A stretch of 47,764 bases of DNA, from positions 1-47,764 of the forward strand of contig MEDY01000226.1 in NCBI GenBank assembly GCA_001724265.1, written 5' to 3'. Shown here piece after piece: positions 1-12,800 of the stretch. The stretch comes from Rhizaria sp. SCN 62-66 (Eukaryota). Within the stretch, counting starts at the first letter, position 1. The number at the start of each line of letters is the position of its first letter. Both the position numbers and the translations under genes were made by a program. A model generated the notes under the pieces. It did not search any database. It was not told the origin of the DNA and saw only the letters and a program-made list of their open reading frames with translations.

Positions 1-847
1 AATATCAGAAACACAGTATATAATTCGAATTATATACTTGGTTCTTATTGTTTTCATAGAAAAAGAGAGTCTGTGTTCACAGGAAAACGAAGTGTGTATG
101 CACGAGAAACACCACCTTTAAATCGCGACCGGCAAAAGCTGTCGACTGGAATTTTATGCAGAATGTCGACGGTAACACGATACATTCAACAAGTTCTACT
201 ATCTCCTCGGCTTTTCATTTTTTTTTTTGTGTGAGACGTTTTTAAGAGACATACTGCTATCCTCAACATTGTATTTGTCTGTTTCTCCATTGAGACTGCT
301 GATCTGCCCCATGTCACGCCAGAAGTCGGGCTATCCGAGTCAATAGAAAGATAAAGGCGAAATCGAAATGATAATTACGGATTTAAGCACTTACAAAAGC
401 AAATCTTATGTATTATCTTACCACTGCTTTTTCACTGAGCGCGATTTCATTGCGCTACGCGACGCTTGCGCAAGCGATGATCATGAGGAGGGGTACGTTG
501 TGTGCGTGCTTCTTTCTATCACGTTCAAGTACAGTCTAATTTCAACGAACTTAAGTGTGATCTGGATCTAATAGTGAAACAACATTCAAATATACATATC
601 CACCACTTAATTTTCTACAAATTTTGTAATCAATGCTCGTTTTACGGAGATATTCAAGATAAGCATGATGCGGTGTGCGGCTTAACTTCTTCTTCCAGCT
701 CTCCGAGACGACGTATGCGGTCCCTTCATCCGGCGTTGTAAATAGCTTCTTCTGTAGCCATGCCAGGACCGTCGCCAGAGATATGCTTGTTTGCTCCACA
801 TTTTCTCATTGATCCAACTACTTTTCTTCTTTTCTATTCTGCAGCAA

Positions 848-1611
848 ATGTCCCAGCCCACCCAGCAAGTACGTTTTCCCGCGACGACCCCCCTCCCCTC
901 GAAGGAGTTGAGGCGTGACTCATTGGCTCTGTGATCTCACCTCTATTTAATCTTAGGCGTGTATATATATCCTTCGATAATGAATTGCACGGGTTATATT
1001 ATCTCCTGAATATTGCTTTTGCTTCATATGAGACCATCTTTCGTGCCATTTCTGGGTTAGGTGCTTCCTTCCCCTTTCTTGTGCTTATCTTCCCTGTATC
1101 ATGTCTTCTTTCAATAATTTATCACCTTGCTCGCTTCTCTTTTGCTCAGGGTTACTACTCCATGCCCAACCAGCAGGGCCAGGGCCAGTATGAGCAGTAC
1201 GGCGCTCAGCCCACCTACGCTCCCACCACCGTGGTGATGATGGCCAACGGCGGCTCTGACCCCAACGCCGAGTGGAAGGTCATCATGACCGGCGGCCTCT
1301 TCGGCTGTTTCGACGACATCACCTCGGCCATTCTCGCTCTCTGCGTCCCCATCTGCCTCGCCGGCAGCAACCAGGCTAAGATTGGCGAAAATTGCTGCCT
1401 GTCGGCGATCTCGTATTGCTGCTGTGCTGGGTGCCAGCGCTCATCGGTCCAGAATGCTCTTGGCGTCGCTGACGCAGGTTGCATGATCAACTGCCTTATC
1501 CATTGCTGGTGCTCTTGCTGCGCGCTCGCCCAAGAGGCCCGCGCTCTCGACCGCTGGATCGCCGCCGGCAAGCCCGCGCCCGTTCCTGGCGCTGTCGTTG
1601 TCGCTGTCTAA
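848..1611 (+). CDS. PLAC8/Cys-rich family protein, ~160 aa; exons 848-868, 1150-1611
   Basis: ATG 848 (MSQPTQQ), phase-0 intron GTACGT..CAG, then GYYSMP. PLAC8-like motifs GLFGCFDD and C-terminal CLIHCWCSCCALAQEAR. Stop TAA. Confidence 0.88.
869..1149 (+). other. Spliceosomal intron (PLAC8 gene)
   Basis: GTACGT donor, AT/pyrimidine-rich body, CTCAG acceptor; the join keeps frame. Confidence 0.85.
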
Positions 1612-1996
1612 GCACCTTGCGTGTTGTTTGTTTCATCAGTAACAAGTTACGCTGTAGTCTACCTTTCTCGAAGACTAGCACTTCGGGCATTCTTTACAAG
1701 TTTCTCGCATCAGTCTGTCTCATCATGACAACAGTGTTCTAATATTCAGATAAGTACGCTATTACTACACCCAAACCATTGTCTCTCGCCTTTGTCTGAG
1801 TTCGGCGCCTTTTCGCCGGACACGACGAATACACATTTGCTCTAACATCTCTCAAAGCTGTCCTACGTCGCACAATTTTACACCAAAGTACATTTTTTAA
1901 ACACTCTTCGTTGTAAAACATTTGTTTATGGTATATTTTCTCTCGAATAGCTATATAACGTTCACATCGCATTTTAGACCGACTCATGGATCATGC

Positions 1997-2524
1997 TTAG
2001 GTCAAGTCATCCTCCTCATCTTCGTCATCGTCGCCGTCATCATCACTGTCACTGCCACTCTCGCCCCCTGCGCCCGCGTCTGCGCCAGTGTCCCGCGCGG
2101 CCGCCGCGGCAAACTCGGCCCAGGCGCGGAAGTACCGCGTGGGCTCCCGCTGCGCGCAGTCATAGTGCCCACCCTCCGGAAGATACAGCCACTGCGTGCG
2201 CGGCCGCCACACCAGCGCGCCGTCGCCGTCGCGCTCGCGGTCACTGCTCTGCGCACGGTCGCTGGCGGCGCCCACGGGGGCGTGGAAAACGCGGCCCTGG
2301 AGGCACGAATCGCGGGCTGCCAGCGCGAAGACCGGGGAGCCGCGCGCGAGCGCAGCCGCAGCGTCGCCACGAGCCTTCGCCTTCGCGCTCGCGCTCGCAC
2401 TCCCACTCAGAGCGTCCGCAGTAGCGGCGGCAGTGACGGTGGCCGCAACGGCACTTAGGAGCGCTGGAGGCACGGCCGCCGCAGCTGCAGTCACTCCGGC
2501 AGCCGCACCGGTATCAGCGCCCTG

Positions 2525-2555
<31 letters not shown>

Positions 2556-5364
2556 TGCAGGAGGGTTTGCTGAGTCAGCACGCTGCGGTGCGCGGGCCCC
2601 CACGCGCCAACCTCCTCGGCCCACACGAGCTCCGCCGGCGTGGCCAGCACACCGGCGCGCGGCGAGGTGCTTAGAGGGGTACTTAGCGGGGCACCTAGAC
2701 TGGCGCTGAGACACGGCGCGTCAAGCGGAGGCAGCGACACAGGCGGCAGCGACGCCCACGCAGCGCTGCCGCTGCTGTTGCCGTCGCTGCAGCCGGCGAC
2801 GCTGCAGTCAGCGCCAGCGCCGTCGGCGCCGCAGTGGACGCCGGGCAGGCCCGCGGCGACGGAGCCCCAGTGCCGCACGCGCGCCCACAACCCGCGCGCG
2901 CGCTGCCGCAGATGCTGCCGCCGCTGCTGCTGCTCCTGTGCATCGACAGCCGCCGTCTCGCTCTCATCCCGGCCGTGACTGCCGCCGTCTGTGCTGGCAC
3001 CGCGACTGAGCGTGTGTTTGCGCAGCGCCGCGAGCGCGCGCGGGCCGAGGCTGCCGCCGGCCTCGTGCCAGTGCGGCAGCGCGACGCGGCGCAGCGCGAG
3101 GCGGTGCGGGCACAGCAGCAGCAGCATGGCGGTCCACAGCGCAACCAGCAGCAGCCGCGGTAGCGAGAGCAGCGCGCGGAGGAGCCACACGCCCGCGCGG
3201 CACGCCTGCACCACGGCGGTAGGGCCGACAAGAACGCTCACAGGGGTCGCGGTAGCAGGCGCGGTTGCCGTGTCACGAGCGGGCCCTGTGGCGAGAGACC
3301 AGTAGTCGCGCTCAGCCGTCGCCACAGCGCACTCGACATCCTCAGTCTCAGTCTCAGAAGCGGCGTCTGCGGCGGCAGTGGCGGGCAGCGGCGCTACGAG
3401 GTTGACGCCGCTGAAGTCGGTCAAATGCTCCAGCCCAGCTGCGCGCGCGCGCTTACGCAGCACGCCCGCGAGAGTTAGCTTAGGACTCGCACCGGCATTT
3501 GCACCGGCATTCGCACCGGCATGAGTACTCGCGCTTGCACTCGCACTGTTTTCGTTGTTATTGTTCCCGGTGACGACTCCCGCAACAGGGACGAAGACGC
3601 GACGGCGCGCGCGCGCGAGGAGCCTGCGCATGTGCGCCACCGGCACCACGGCGTCGCGGCCGCCGCCGACGAGCAGCAGCGGCGCGGGAATCAGAGCGAC
3701 GCTGCGCGCGTGCGTCGGCCAGGGCGACCGCAGCAGCGCGGCAGCAAACACGACCTCAAAGCCCGCGCGCGCGCGCGCCAGCAGCCGGCCGCCGCACCCG
3801 CGGCCTCGGCCGCCGCCGGGGACGGCGGCGGGCGCGGCATCAAGCGGGGCCGGAAACAGCGCCGTGAGGGGCGGGACGAGCTCCTGCGCCATCGCAGCGA
3901 CGCCGGTAAAGGTGTTTTCGAGCACAACGCCCGCGATGGCGCCGTGCGCGAGCGGGTTCGCGGCCAGGTCCGCCGCCACGGCGCCGCCCAGGGAGACGCC
4001 GTGCAGCATCACGCGGCGCGGGTCGACGTCGCCGCGGGAGAGTACGTGCGCCAACGCAGAGAGCGCGTCGCGGCGCAGACCGGCGAAAGAGGGAGTGCCG
4101 GGCGCGGGCGCGGGCGTGAACGGGCCGGGGGGCGGCGCGCGCGAGTCGCCGTAGCCGCGGTACTCGACGGCGAGTACGTTGGCCTTTAGGCGCGCGTTGA
4201 GGGCTGCGTACAGTGGCAGCGAGAGGCCGATGTTGCCGGCGTTGCCGTGGAAGCAAACGATCGTCGGCACCGGCGCCGGGGCGCGTTCGGTTACAGACGC
4301 AAAGCCGCTCACACTGTCAGAGTTCGCGGATGCGTTGGCGTTGACGTGGTTGTTATGGTTGTTGGTGACGGAGTTGTTCGGGTTGAGCGGCGAGTGGATG
4401 AACCAGCACGCGAGCTCGATGCCGGGCTCGGGCCGCAGCGTCACGCGCTCAAACGACAGCCCCCACGCCAGCGGCGTGTTGAACGGGGCCGGGTTCGCGG
4501 ACACGGAGCGGTTGCCTCGGGGAGCGCCAGCCATAGGGTGGTACAACAGAGTGTCCTGCGTATGTCAGGCGAAATAGAAGTATATTTGTGTGAGTGAGAT
4601 GAGTTATGATGAAAGTCAATCCAATTTCAAGCTAAATTTAGCGATAGTGTTATTTGAATCGAATCATTTCAACATTGTAGCTATGATATTCCTTCGATTT
4701 TAAGATAAATGAAAGACATACCTGATGCACCCATGAGTAGGACAAGAGCGCTAAAACAGAGTACAGACCTGAAGAGAGGAGAGAGAAAGCAATACATTCA
4801 CAAAGCATATTAATGTGGTAAGTGAAAAACAAACAGACAGGTTCTCGTCAAAAATGCTTCAGTCTGACAAACACCGATAACACAACCGTGCGTCGAGTTA
4901 TGGCATTGTTTTTTTGTCCGGAGGGTTGTTGATATACAGAGTTGCAGCGCACGACAACAGCCTTAGAAAGGGAAAACAAGTAACATGAAACAATACATCC
5001 ATTACACATCACCCTTGTGGTGCTAGCAGTGCAGTCAGTTGCATCTTGCCTTCCGGCGCAGTATGCTATTCGAAGCATTGCTGCAAATATCTCATCTTCT
5101 CAACTGCGTCGCAACTCTGCACTGCAAACCAAGATAGTCACAAACCAGAGCACACCAACAAAAAAATAAATAGACACTAACGTATTATATACAATATCAA
5201 GGCTGCATTGAGATATACCGCAGTATTGCTGTGCTAAGGCGCGTACCGTGGCGGAGGATGGTGAACGGGGAGCCCCAGTGGAGGACGGCGCCGAGGTAGG
5301 CACCGGGCAGCAGGAGGTACTTGTGCGAGCGCACGTACCACGCCACCTTCTTCGACAGATCCAT
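1997..5364 (-). CDS. ABHD13/BEM46-like alpha/beta serine hydrolase, ~907 aa; exons 5364-5247, 4768-4722, 4555-1997
   Basis: Spliced N-terminus MDLSKK...hydrophobic segment...HQDTLLYHP. Motifs FHGNAGNIG, EYRGYGDS, nucleophile GVSLGG, ENTF, Asp in RDAVVP, His in GGHYD. Introns 5246-4769 (GTACGC..CAG, phase 1) and 4721-4556 (GTATGT..CTGAC..CAG, phase 0). A further upstream exon is possible (acceptor at 5395). Stop TAA. Confidence 0.85.
2522..2557 (-). repeat. CAG/CAA trinucleotide run (polyQ in the hydrolase)
   Basis: 12 CTG/TTG triplets on the + strand. Confidence 0.9.
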
Positions 5365-5920
5365 CGTCGCCGCGAGGTGGGCGCGCGGGACGAGCTGCGG
5401 TACGGGCGGGTGCGCGCTGGGGAGGCGGATGATATGACGAGAAAGAGTTTGGACGAGGGCGGTCGGGTCACAAAGAAATCAAGCCACAGAGGCGCGAAAA
5501 CGTGTCCTGTGAAAATGCAAAAGAAGATATAAGTATAAACCATCAATTATTACTAGGATCACCCGTATGATATCATATTAACGATCAGCACAAATATAGT
5601 TTACCTCCGAATTTAGGGTCACCGCCACGGCATCAAGCAACAACGGTTCATTGGTCCCAGCCGAAAGCTTGTGGTGACGTCCACTGTAAGTTGAATTTTC
5701 GGATATAGAAAATTGATTCGTGTATTTTTATACATGCACAGAGTGCTTTACTTGATAACATGCAGAGGTAGCCCCGTACCATGCGCGTAGCGACGATGAT
5801 ACTCGTTCAAATTTAGTGTTCTTTACAAGTGTCCACACAGGCTTCCCTCGCAATCCTCCTTCCCAACTTCACTTAATCAGAGCTCGCTTCGCTCCCATCG
5901 GATCCACACAGCAACAGCGC

Positions 5921-6867
5921 TTAGACCTTGAGCTTGTACGAGTCGCCGGTGTATGCCCGCTGCTTGTTGGGAATGGCGGTGGCGTCGGCGCCCCCGGCGG
6001 CGGCGGCGGTGAGGGAGGCGCGGGCCTCGGCCTCGCGGTCCGCGGCCGCCTCCTCGGTGATGGGCAGCGCCGCATAGGCCGCCAGCGCGTCGGGGCTCGT
6101 CAGGATGCGCGCCAAATTCGCAACGTCGTCCAAGATGCGGCGCAGCTCCTGTGCATGCGCACAGCGAGCGAAGCAAAGAGAGCGAGTGCACGCACAGATA
6201 CAAGAACGGGTAGCAAAAAGGGGGTAGAGAGAGAAAGACATCAAGGTGAGCGCAGATAGAGCGATAGCAGCAACAGGAGATAGGTGACGCGTTTAAGTAG
6301 TTGGTGAGTAGAGAGACATGACGTGGGACGTACGGAGTAGAGCATGTAGGAGAGCATAAAGACACAGAAGTAGACCGCGACGTCGGCGATGACGGCGGCC
6401 TGGTAGACGCTCGCCTGCCAGCCCGCGAGCGCAGCGGCCGTGGGGGCCTCCTTGCCGATAAAGTGAAAGACGGCGCGCGACATGCCCCAGAAGAGCATGA
6501 CGCAGGCGAAAGCGGTGTAACACAGCACGGTCTGCAGCGCGAAGCCGTCGTCGGCCGAGTTGAAGCCGACACAGGCCAGGCCGAAGATGACGCCCAGCAC
6601 GCCCACGCCCGCATCGACGTAGCGGTGGGCAAGCACCAGGCACACGACCACGGAGAGCTGGAAGAAGAGCGCAATCTTCAGGCACAGGGCCAGGCGCTGG
6701 GGGCGCAGGAGGGCGCGGGGAATGTGGCGAAGGGATACGAAAGGGGGGTGAGAGCAGGTCGGGGCTAAATGAGGCGATATCGCGCTGATGGAGCAAGTTA
6801 GGAGACGTACCAAAGCCTTAGGACTGGGGGTCACCTGCACAGAGGCAGGACCATCCATCACACACAT
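5921..6867 (-). CDS. Unknown small multi-pass (~4 TM) membrane protein, ~212-215 aa; exons 6867/6858-6811, 6696-6334, 6148-5921
   Basis: Two phase-0 GTACGT..CAG introns (6810-6697, 6333-6149) join three GC-rich exons. Four hydrophobic stretches in exon 2. Stop TAA. Confidence 0.78.
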
Positions 6868-7124
6868 CTTTACGGTCGGTTAAACTCGTTTTAGAGATGT
6901 CAAAGAACCTCGTTTCCACCCCCCTTGCTCATCTCTTGCTTGCTCGCGGTCGACGGTTTGTGTCGGTTCGCAAAAATTGTCTGACCTGGCTCTCTCGTCG
7001 TTCCCGCCCAATGAAGAGCCCCAGATCACCCTTTCGTTCTCGGTTATGTTAACGTCAACATACATTTTATTGGCTGTCTCACATAGCTTTATTGTCTTTC
7101 TTGCTTATTTTGAAATTAGAAGCC

Positions 7125-8325
7125 ATGTCCGTTTCCGAGAAGGCTGCCCGCGCCCGCGCTTCGATGCCGTGGGTCGAGAAGTAGTACGTCCAATCGCCAC
7201 CCCATCTTTCTCAGACGACCGTTGCATGAAACCTGAATGCAACACTGATGTAACAACATTTAAGACTAAAATTCTTTATGTTCCACAAATAACACAATTT
7301 ATGTTCTTTTAAACGATTGCATTTGTTGTGATATTCCTAGCCGCCCGCGCAAGCTGGACGACATCGCGCACCAGGACGAAGTGGTCGACGCGCTGCGCAA
7401 CACCCTCAACTCAGGCAACCTCCCGCACCTGCTCTTCTACGGCCCGCCCGGCACGGGCAAAACATCGACGATTCTGGCCGTGGCGCGCGAGCTCTTCGGG
7501 CCCGAACTTATGAAGTCGCGCGTTCTCGAGCTCAACGCCTCGCACGAGCGCGGTATCGACGTGATCCGTAACAAGGTCAAGACATTCGCGCAGATCGCCG
7601 TCTCGGCGCAGGAAACCGCGCCCGGGTATCCGTGCCCGCCGTACAAGATTATTGTGCTGGACGAGGCGGACTGCATGACCCGCGACGCGCAGTCTGCGCT
7701 GCGCCGCACGATGGAGAACTACACTAAGGTCACGCGCTTCTGCATCATCTGCAACTATGTCTCCCGCATCATCGACCCCATCACTTCGCGCTGCGCTAAG
7801 TTCCGCTACAAGCCGCTCGCGGGTGCGTCTTCCGCGGCGCGCCTGGAGGCCATCTGCGCGGCCGAGTCGCTGCCCGTCACGCCCTCGGCGCTGCCGCTGC
7901 TGCTCTCTGTCGCCGGCGGCGACATGCGCCGTGCCATCACGCTGCTGCAGACGGCGCACAAGCTCGTCCCCGCGGGCTCCGCGCTGGGTGAGGCCGAGGT
8001 CACCGAGGTCGCGGGCACGGTCCCGGCCGCCGTCGTCGACGCCCTGTGGGCCGCGTGCGCCGCGGGCTGCTCGCTGGGGGACATCCGCGCCGCGGTGTCC
8101 GCGGTGTGCGCCGCGGCCTACAGCGCCGACGCCGTGCTGCAGGCGCTGCTGCCGCGCGTGGCGGGCGCCGCGGACCTGGACGAGCCGGGCCGCGCGCAGG
8201 CCGCGGTCCGGCTGGCCGATGCGGAGCGTAAGCTGGTCGACGGTGCGGACGAGGCGCTGCAGATGACCGACGTGCTCACGGTCATCAGGCACGCGCGCGT
8301 TAAGGCCGCAGCCGCGACTGTGTGA
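7125..8325 (+). CDS. RFC4: Replication factor C small subunit (human RFC4 / yeast Rfc2 type), ~347 aa; exons 7125-7183, 7341-8325
   Basis: Removing intron 7184-7340 (GTACGT..TAG) restores PWVEKY/RP. Walker A GPPGTGKT, Walker B LDEAD, SRC motif, YPCPPYKII typical of this paralog. Stop TGA. Confidence 0.93.
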
Positions 8326-8815
8326 GCGCGCGAGGGCGAGCGCGAGCGCGGGCGCGGGCGAACGAGTCAGCGCTGTATCCTTCCGTAACTGGATGAGTCG
8401 AAGAGAGTCGAAGCTAGTCGAGTCAACACACACAAAAGGTCTTCGTTGAGAGATGAGGATTTGAACAAGAGGGCCAGGGACGTTCGCCGAGCGATCTTCG
8501 ATGATCGTGCATGGTCGATGCAGCGAATGTGAATATTTACAATAGTTCATCGTATTACAAAATACAAAACCAGGTTTAAGTTCACCTCAGGAAGTTGTTC
8601 TGCTTAAGCTGACGAGGCATTGTCACTATGTATTGAAGTTACTTGTGTTTGTTAATACAGGTGTGTCTTGTTAAAAAAAAGACGGCACTGACCATAGCTC
8701 ATCATGTATCATCCCGTCTTATCGCATCTCGTCACCGAGCGTTCACTGAAAGTGATCACGAGTCATTGCACTCAGTGCTGGTTGGTCGAGTGCCACAAGC
8801 GACGCAGCAGGGCGC

Positions 8816-9516
8816 TCAATCCTTCTTCTTCGCGACCCCGCTGCCCTCGCCTTTGCCCTTGCCGCCGCGCAGGCTCTGGCAGAGCGCGGCGACCAGGAAG
8901 CGGCCGGTCATGTGCAGCGTGACCAGGAACCCGACGACGATGGCGGGGAACGTGAAGAACACCAGCGCGAACAGACCGGGCGAGTCGAAGTGCTGGCGCG
9001 CGTCAAGCGGTGCCGTAACGGCGGCCAGTACGGCGTTGGCCTCGTCGTGCAGCAGGTACAGCGCGGCGATGGCGGCCAGCAGCGCGAGCTGCCCTCGGTA
9101 CGAGGCGCGGGTGCGCACCGCGAAAACCGCCAGCGTGATCCACAGGGTGTAGGCGAGCAGCATCGCGGGCGAGAAGTACGAGTCGGGCGACACGGCGGAG
9201 AAAACTTCGTTAGGCGTCTCAGAAAGCTATAGTGGCGCGGTTTGAAAAAAACAATAAGGCAAGAACGCGGTGAGTGAGACAGGAGTGTGGAGGCGCAAGG
9301 GAGTAGGCGTTTGGTCAAGAGGAGCTAGAGATATGGGGGTTTCTCCGAGCACAAGCTTAGCAAGTTAAACCGTGGACGTACCACACGGGCAAACTCTTCC
9401 TGGAGCTGCTCCTTGATCTGGGCCTGGGTCTCGGGGTCGCTGAGGTGTTTCTTGATCATCTCGACGACAGAGGCCTCAGCCTCGGGAGAGGTGTCGAGCG
9501 CGACAGCGGTGCTCAT
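8816..9516 (-). CDS. TMEM18: TMEM18-like membrane protein, ~181 aa; exons 9516-9382, 9226-8816
   Basis: Phase-0 intron 9381-9227 (GTACGT..TAG). Three hydrophobic segments. QHFDSPGLFALVFFTFP resembles the TMEM18 signature QYFDSxGxFIS..FSxP. Basic C-terminus. Stop TGA. Confidence 0.72.
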
Positions 9517-9845
9517 GGTCAAACTGAGCTTCTAAGCGGCGCTATAAAGGGATTAGTCTTGAAAGCAGCAGTAGTATGCCAAGAGCTTAGAAAAAGTGTT
9601 GCTGTCGGACGCGTTGGCGTGGTCGGCAGAGCAAAGATACGATGACACGTCGTCATCTGCTGTCGCCAGTGGTTCGCAAAAAAATAGGACAGCGAAAGCT
9701 TGCGCAAAGTGGACGGAGAAGTCGACCGGTGTCCGTGATTATTTCGACGCACCATCGTTAACCAACTAAATCAGACGTATAAGATGATATTATCTCACGT
9801 ACACTATGCCATCCCAATATTTTCACTGTCATAGAGATCGTCCCC

Positions 9846-12800
9846 ATGGCGAGCATTCTCAACGCGGATTTCACCGTGGTGAGCTACAATGGTGGCGCTA
9901 TCGCGGGCCCCACGGGCGTCGCCAAGGTCCTTACCGCCAAGCCCATGGAGCCCTTTGCTCCCCGCTCCACGCATCGCGGCTCGACCTTCGACCTGGTGCT
10001 CGAGTACCGCGGCGAGGGCGACTTTTCGCTCTCGCACATCGTGTTCCAGGCGCCCAACTACTCTCACGTCACTGCGCCGCTCACCGCGGGCATCGTCTTC
10101 GTGTCGGCCACGGCGCCCAACATCGCCGCGTACTCGTCTCAGTTTGACAACGCCTGCGCGGACTCGTACCAGGAGGCTCCCATTGCCGGCGCGCCCGTGC
10201 CCGCGGGCTTCTTCCGCTTCGCGCCCTCCGGCCCTGCGGCCATCGCGCCCATCCTCGCGTCGTCCGCGCGCGGCCGTTTCGTGCACATCAAGTTCACCGA
10301 GTCCGCCGGCACCGACGAGAACATCGACTTCGGCCCCTTCTTCCTCCTTGGCTCCCGCAGCAGCGCCGGCTCTGACGTCGCCACGGTCGTCCGCTCCACC
10401 GGCGCTGGCTACGACGAGATGGCCGAGGACGTCGCTGCCTGCGTGGCCGCGGGCCTGATGCGTGCCCCCGTGGACCGCTTCCAGGTCAACACGCTCACGG
10501 CCGACAACGAGAACACGCTGACGGACATGCCCTTCGTCTGCCTCGTCGCCGCGGACGACCTCAGCTCGCCCGCGCATGCCGACACCAAGGTCGCGCGCGC
10601 CGCGCTGGCCGCCGTGGCCGACGCCTACCACACGGCCGCCGCCGCCGCCGCCGCCGAGGCCGCGGCTGCCAACACGCCCAACGCGCCGCGCCTGAGCCGC
10701 GCGGTGAACTTCGTCGTCATCGACGCGACGACCGAGGCGTCTGTGGCCGAGCGCATCGTGCAGTTCATGGGTTCCGACGTGGCGGACCTCACCGCGCTCA
10801 CCGCTGTCGTCACGGCCTTCGCCAACAGCACGGCCACGCACCCCGCCGCCGCCGTGGCCGCCGCCACGGCCGCCGCGCACCCCACCTCGCAGTTCTACCT
10901 GCTCCCGGGGCTCACGCCGGCGGACCTCACCGAGGAGGCCACCGAAGACGGCTCCGGTGACCCCGACGTCACGGACATGAACACCCCGCTCCCCGGCGCG
11001 CCCCGCGCCGCGCCCATGCCCGAGGCCGTGGTCCCCGAGCCCAAGGCAGGCGCCGCGCTGACGCTCGCGGGCGGCGCGCGCTTTGTGCTGGCCGCCGTCG
11101 ACGCGCGCGGCGCTTCGGTCAAGCACGTGCTCGGCGCCGGCCGCAACACGTCCGCCCACATCGCCGCCGCGCTCGCCGCCAAGAACATCCCCGCGCTCTC
11201 CGTCTCCTCCGACGCCACCGCCGACGCCGACGCTGAGCTGGTCAAGGGCTTTGCGGCGTTTGCGCAGGCGTTCGGCCTCGCGTGCCAGGAGCGCAACAAG
11301 GTGCACGGCGACAGCGACGACGCCGATGCCGCGTTCGACTCGGCGCCTGCGCTCCCGCCCTCGGCCGACTCGGTCGCCGCGCTCTCCGCCGCCGCCGCCG
11401 CCGCCACTGCTGACAAGACTGATGAGGACGACGAGGAGGACGCTGAGCAGGATGACGACGCGCTTCTGGCGTCAGGCGCCGCTGTGGCAGAGGCCGACGA
11501 GGCGCTGCTGGAGCTGCTCGAGTCCAAGCTCAACTCTGCCCCTCGCCTGCCGGGCGACCGCCACCCGCACTTCCCTGCGCTGACTGTGGCGACGCGTGAC
11601 ACGTTCCGTGAGCTCGTCATCGAATCTTCCGCGCCCGCGCTCGTGCTCTTCTGCGACGTGTCGTTCGAGCGCGCGACCTTCGCGGCCGCCGCGCTGGCGC
11701 TCGTCGCCAACGTGCTGGCCGAGCACGCCGTGGGCGTGACGCCCGTGCTGTTCGACATGACCACCAACGATATTCCGGAGGAGTTTTACGACGACGATGT
11801 GTACGAGCAGATGAAGCTCTACGTCAAGAAGCCCCCCGCGCCGGCCAAGAAGCCCGCTGTGGGCGGCGGCAACAAGAAGGGCGGCAAGGTCGCCGTGTCG
11901 CTCAAGGCGCTGCAGCAGGCGCCCAAGCCCATCTGCACCAACGCCGCCGGGCTGGAGGTGTTTGTGCACGACCTCGAGTACAACTCGCTTGACGACGATG
12001 AGGAGGACGACGAGGAGGACGACGACCAGGATGCGGCCAACACCAATGAGGACCCCGTCGAGGGCGAGGAGCAGACGCTGTCGCTGCTCGACATCATGAA
12101 CCACCTCCGCGAGCACGCCGCCTTCGCCTTTAAGGCGCCCAAGGGCAGCACGGCCGACAAGGCCCTGACCGCCTCTGTCACGGCCGCGAGCGAGTTCCTC
12201 GAGGCGCTGGGCGACACGACCCGCTCGCCGGCGTCGATCTTCGCGTCGCTGCGCACGGTCGCCAAGATCCGCGGCGTCGAGGCCTGGCTGCTGCCCAAGG
12301 AGAACACGCTCGCGGCGGCCGCGATCAAGCTCTACAAGGACGCCTACGAGGCCGGTATGGCCGCAATGCGCGCGCTGGTGTTCCCCGTTGGCACGCTCAT
12401 GGTGCCGCTGTCGGCGCCCGTGCCTGCGGGCATCGACCTGTCGGGCGCGCGTGACGTCAAGGATATTGCACCCGGGCTTACCCGCCACGCCAAGGTTGTT
12501 AACAACTCGCTCGAGGCGATCCAGGGCATCTTCCAGGGTCAGAAGACGTGCCGCGCGTTCTTGCGCATGCTCACCACGATGCTGTGCACGCACCCCGACG
12601 TGTGCCTCGCCGCCGTGGCCAAGAACAAGCCCGCCTTTGCCAAGTTCGGCGCCGCCTACGCCGCGGCGCTCGAGCAGACGGGTGTTTTCACCGTGACGCC
12701 GCGCCTGCCCGAGCCCGTGGTGGCGGCACTGGGCGTGTCGTACGCCAAGACGGACGCGCTTCTGGCCAAGCTCACTGACGCCGCGCAGTTCGACTCGGTC

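Noticed and set aside
931-1149. Hydrophobic N-terminal extension of the 226-aa ORF
   Set aside because: It lies within an AT-rich GTACGT..CAG intron and starts at GTG.
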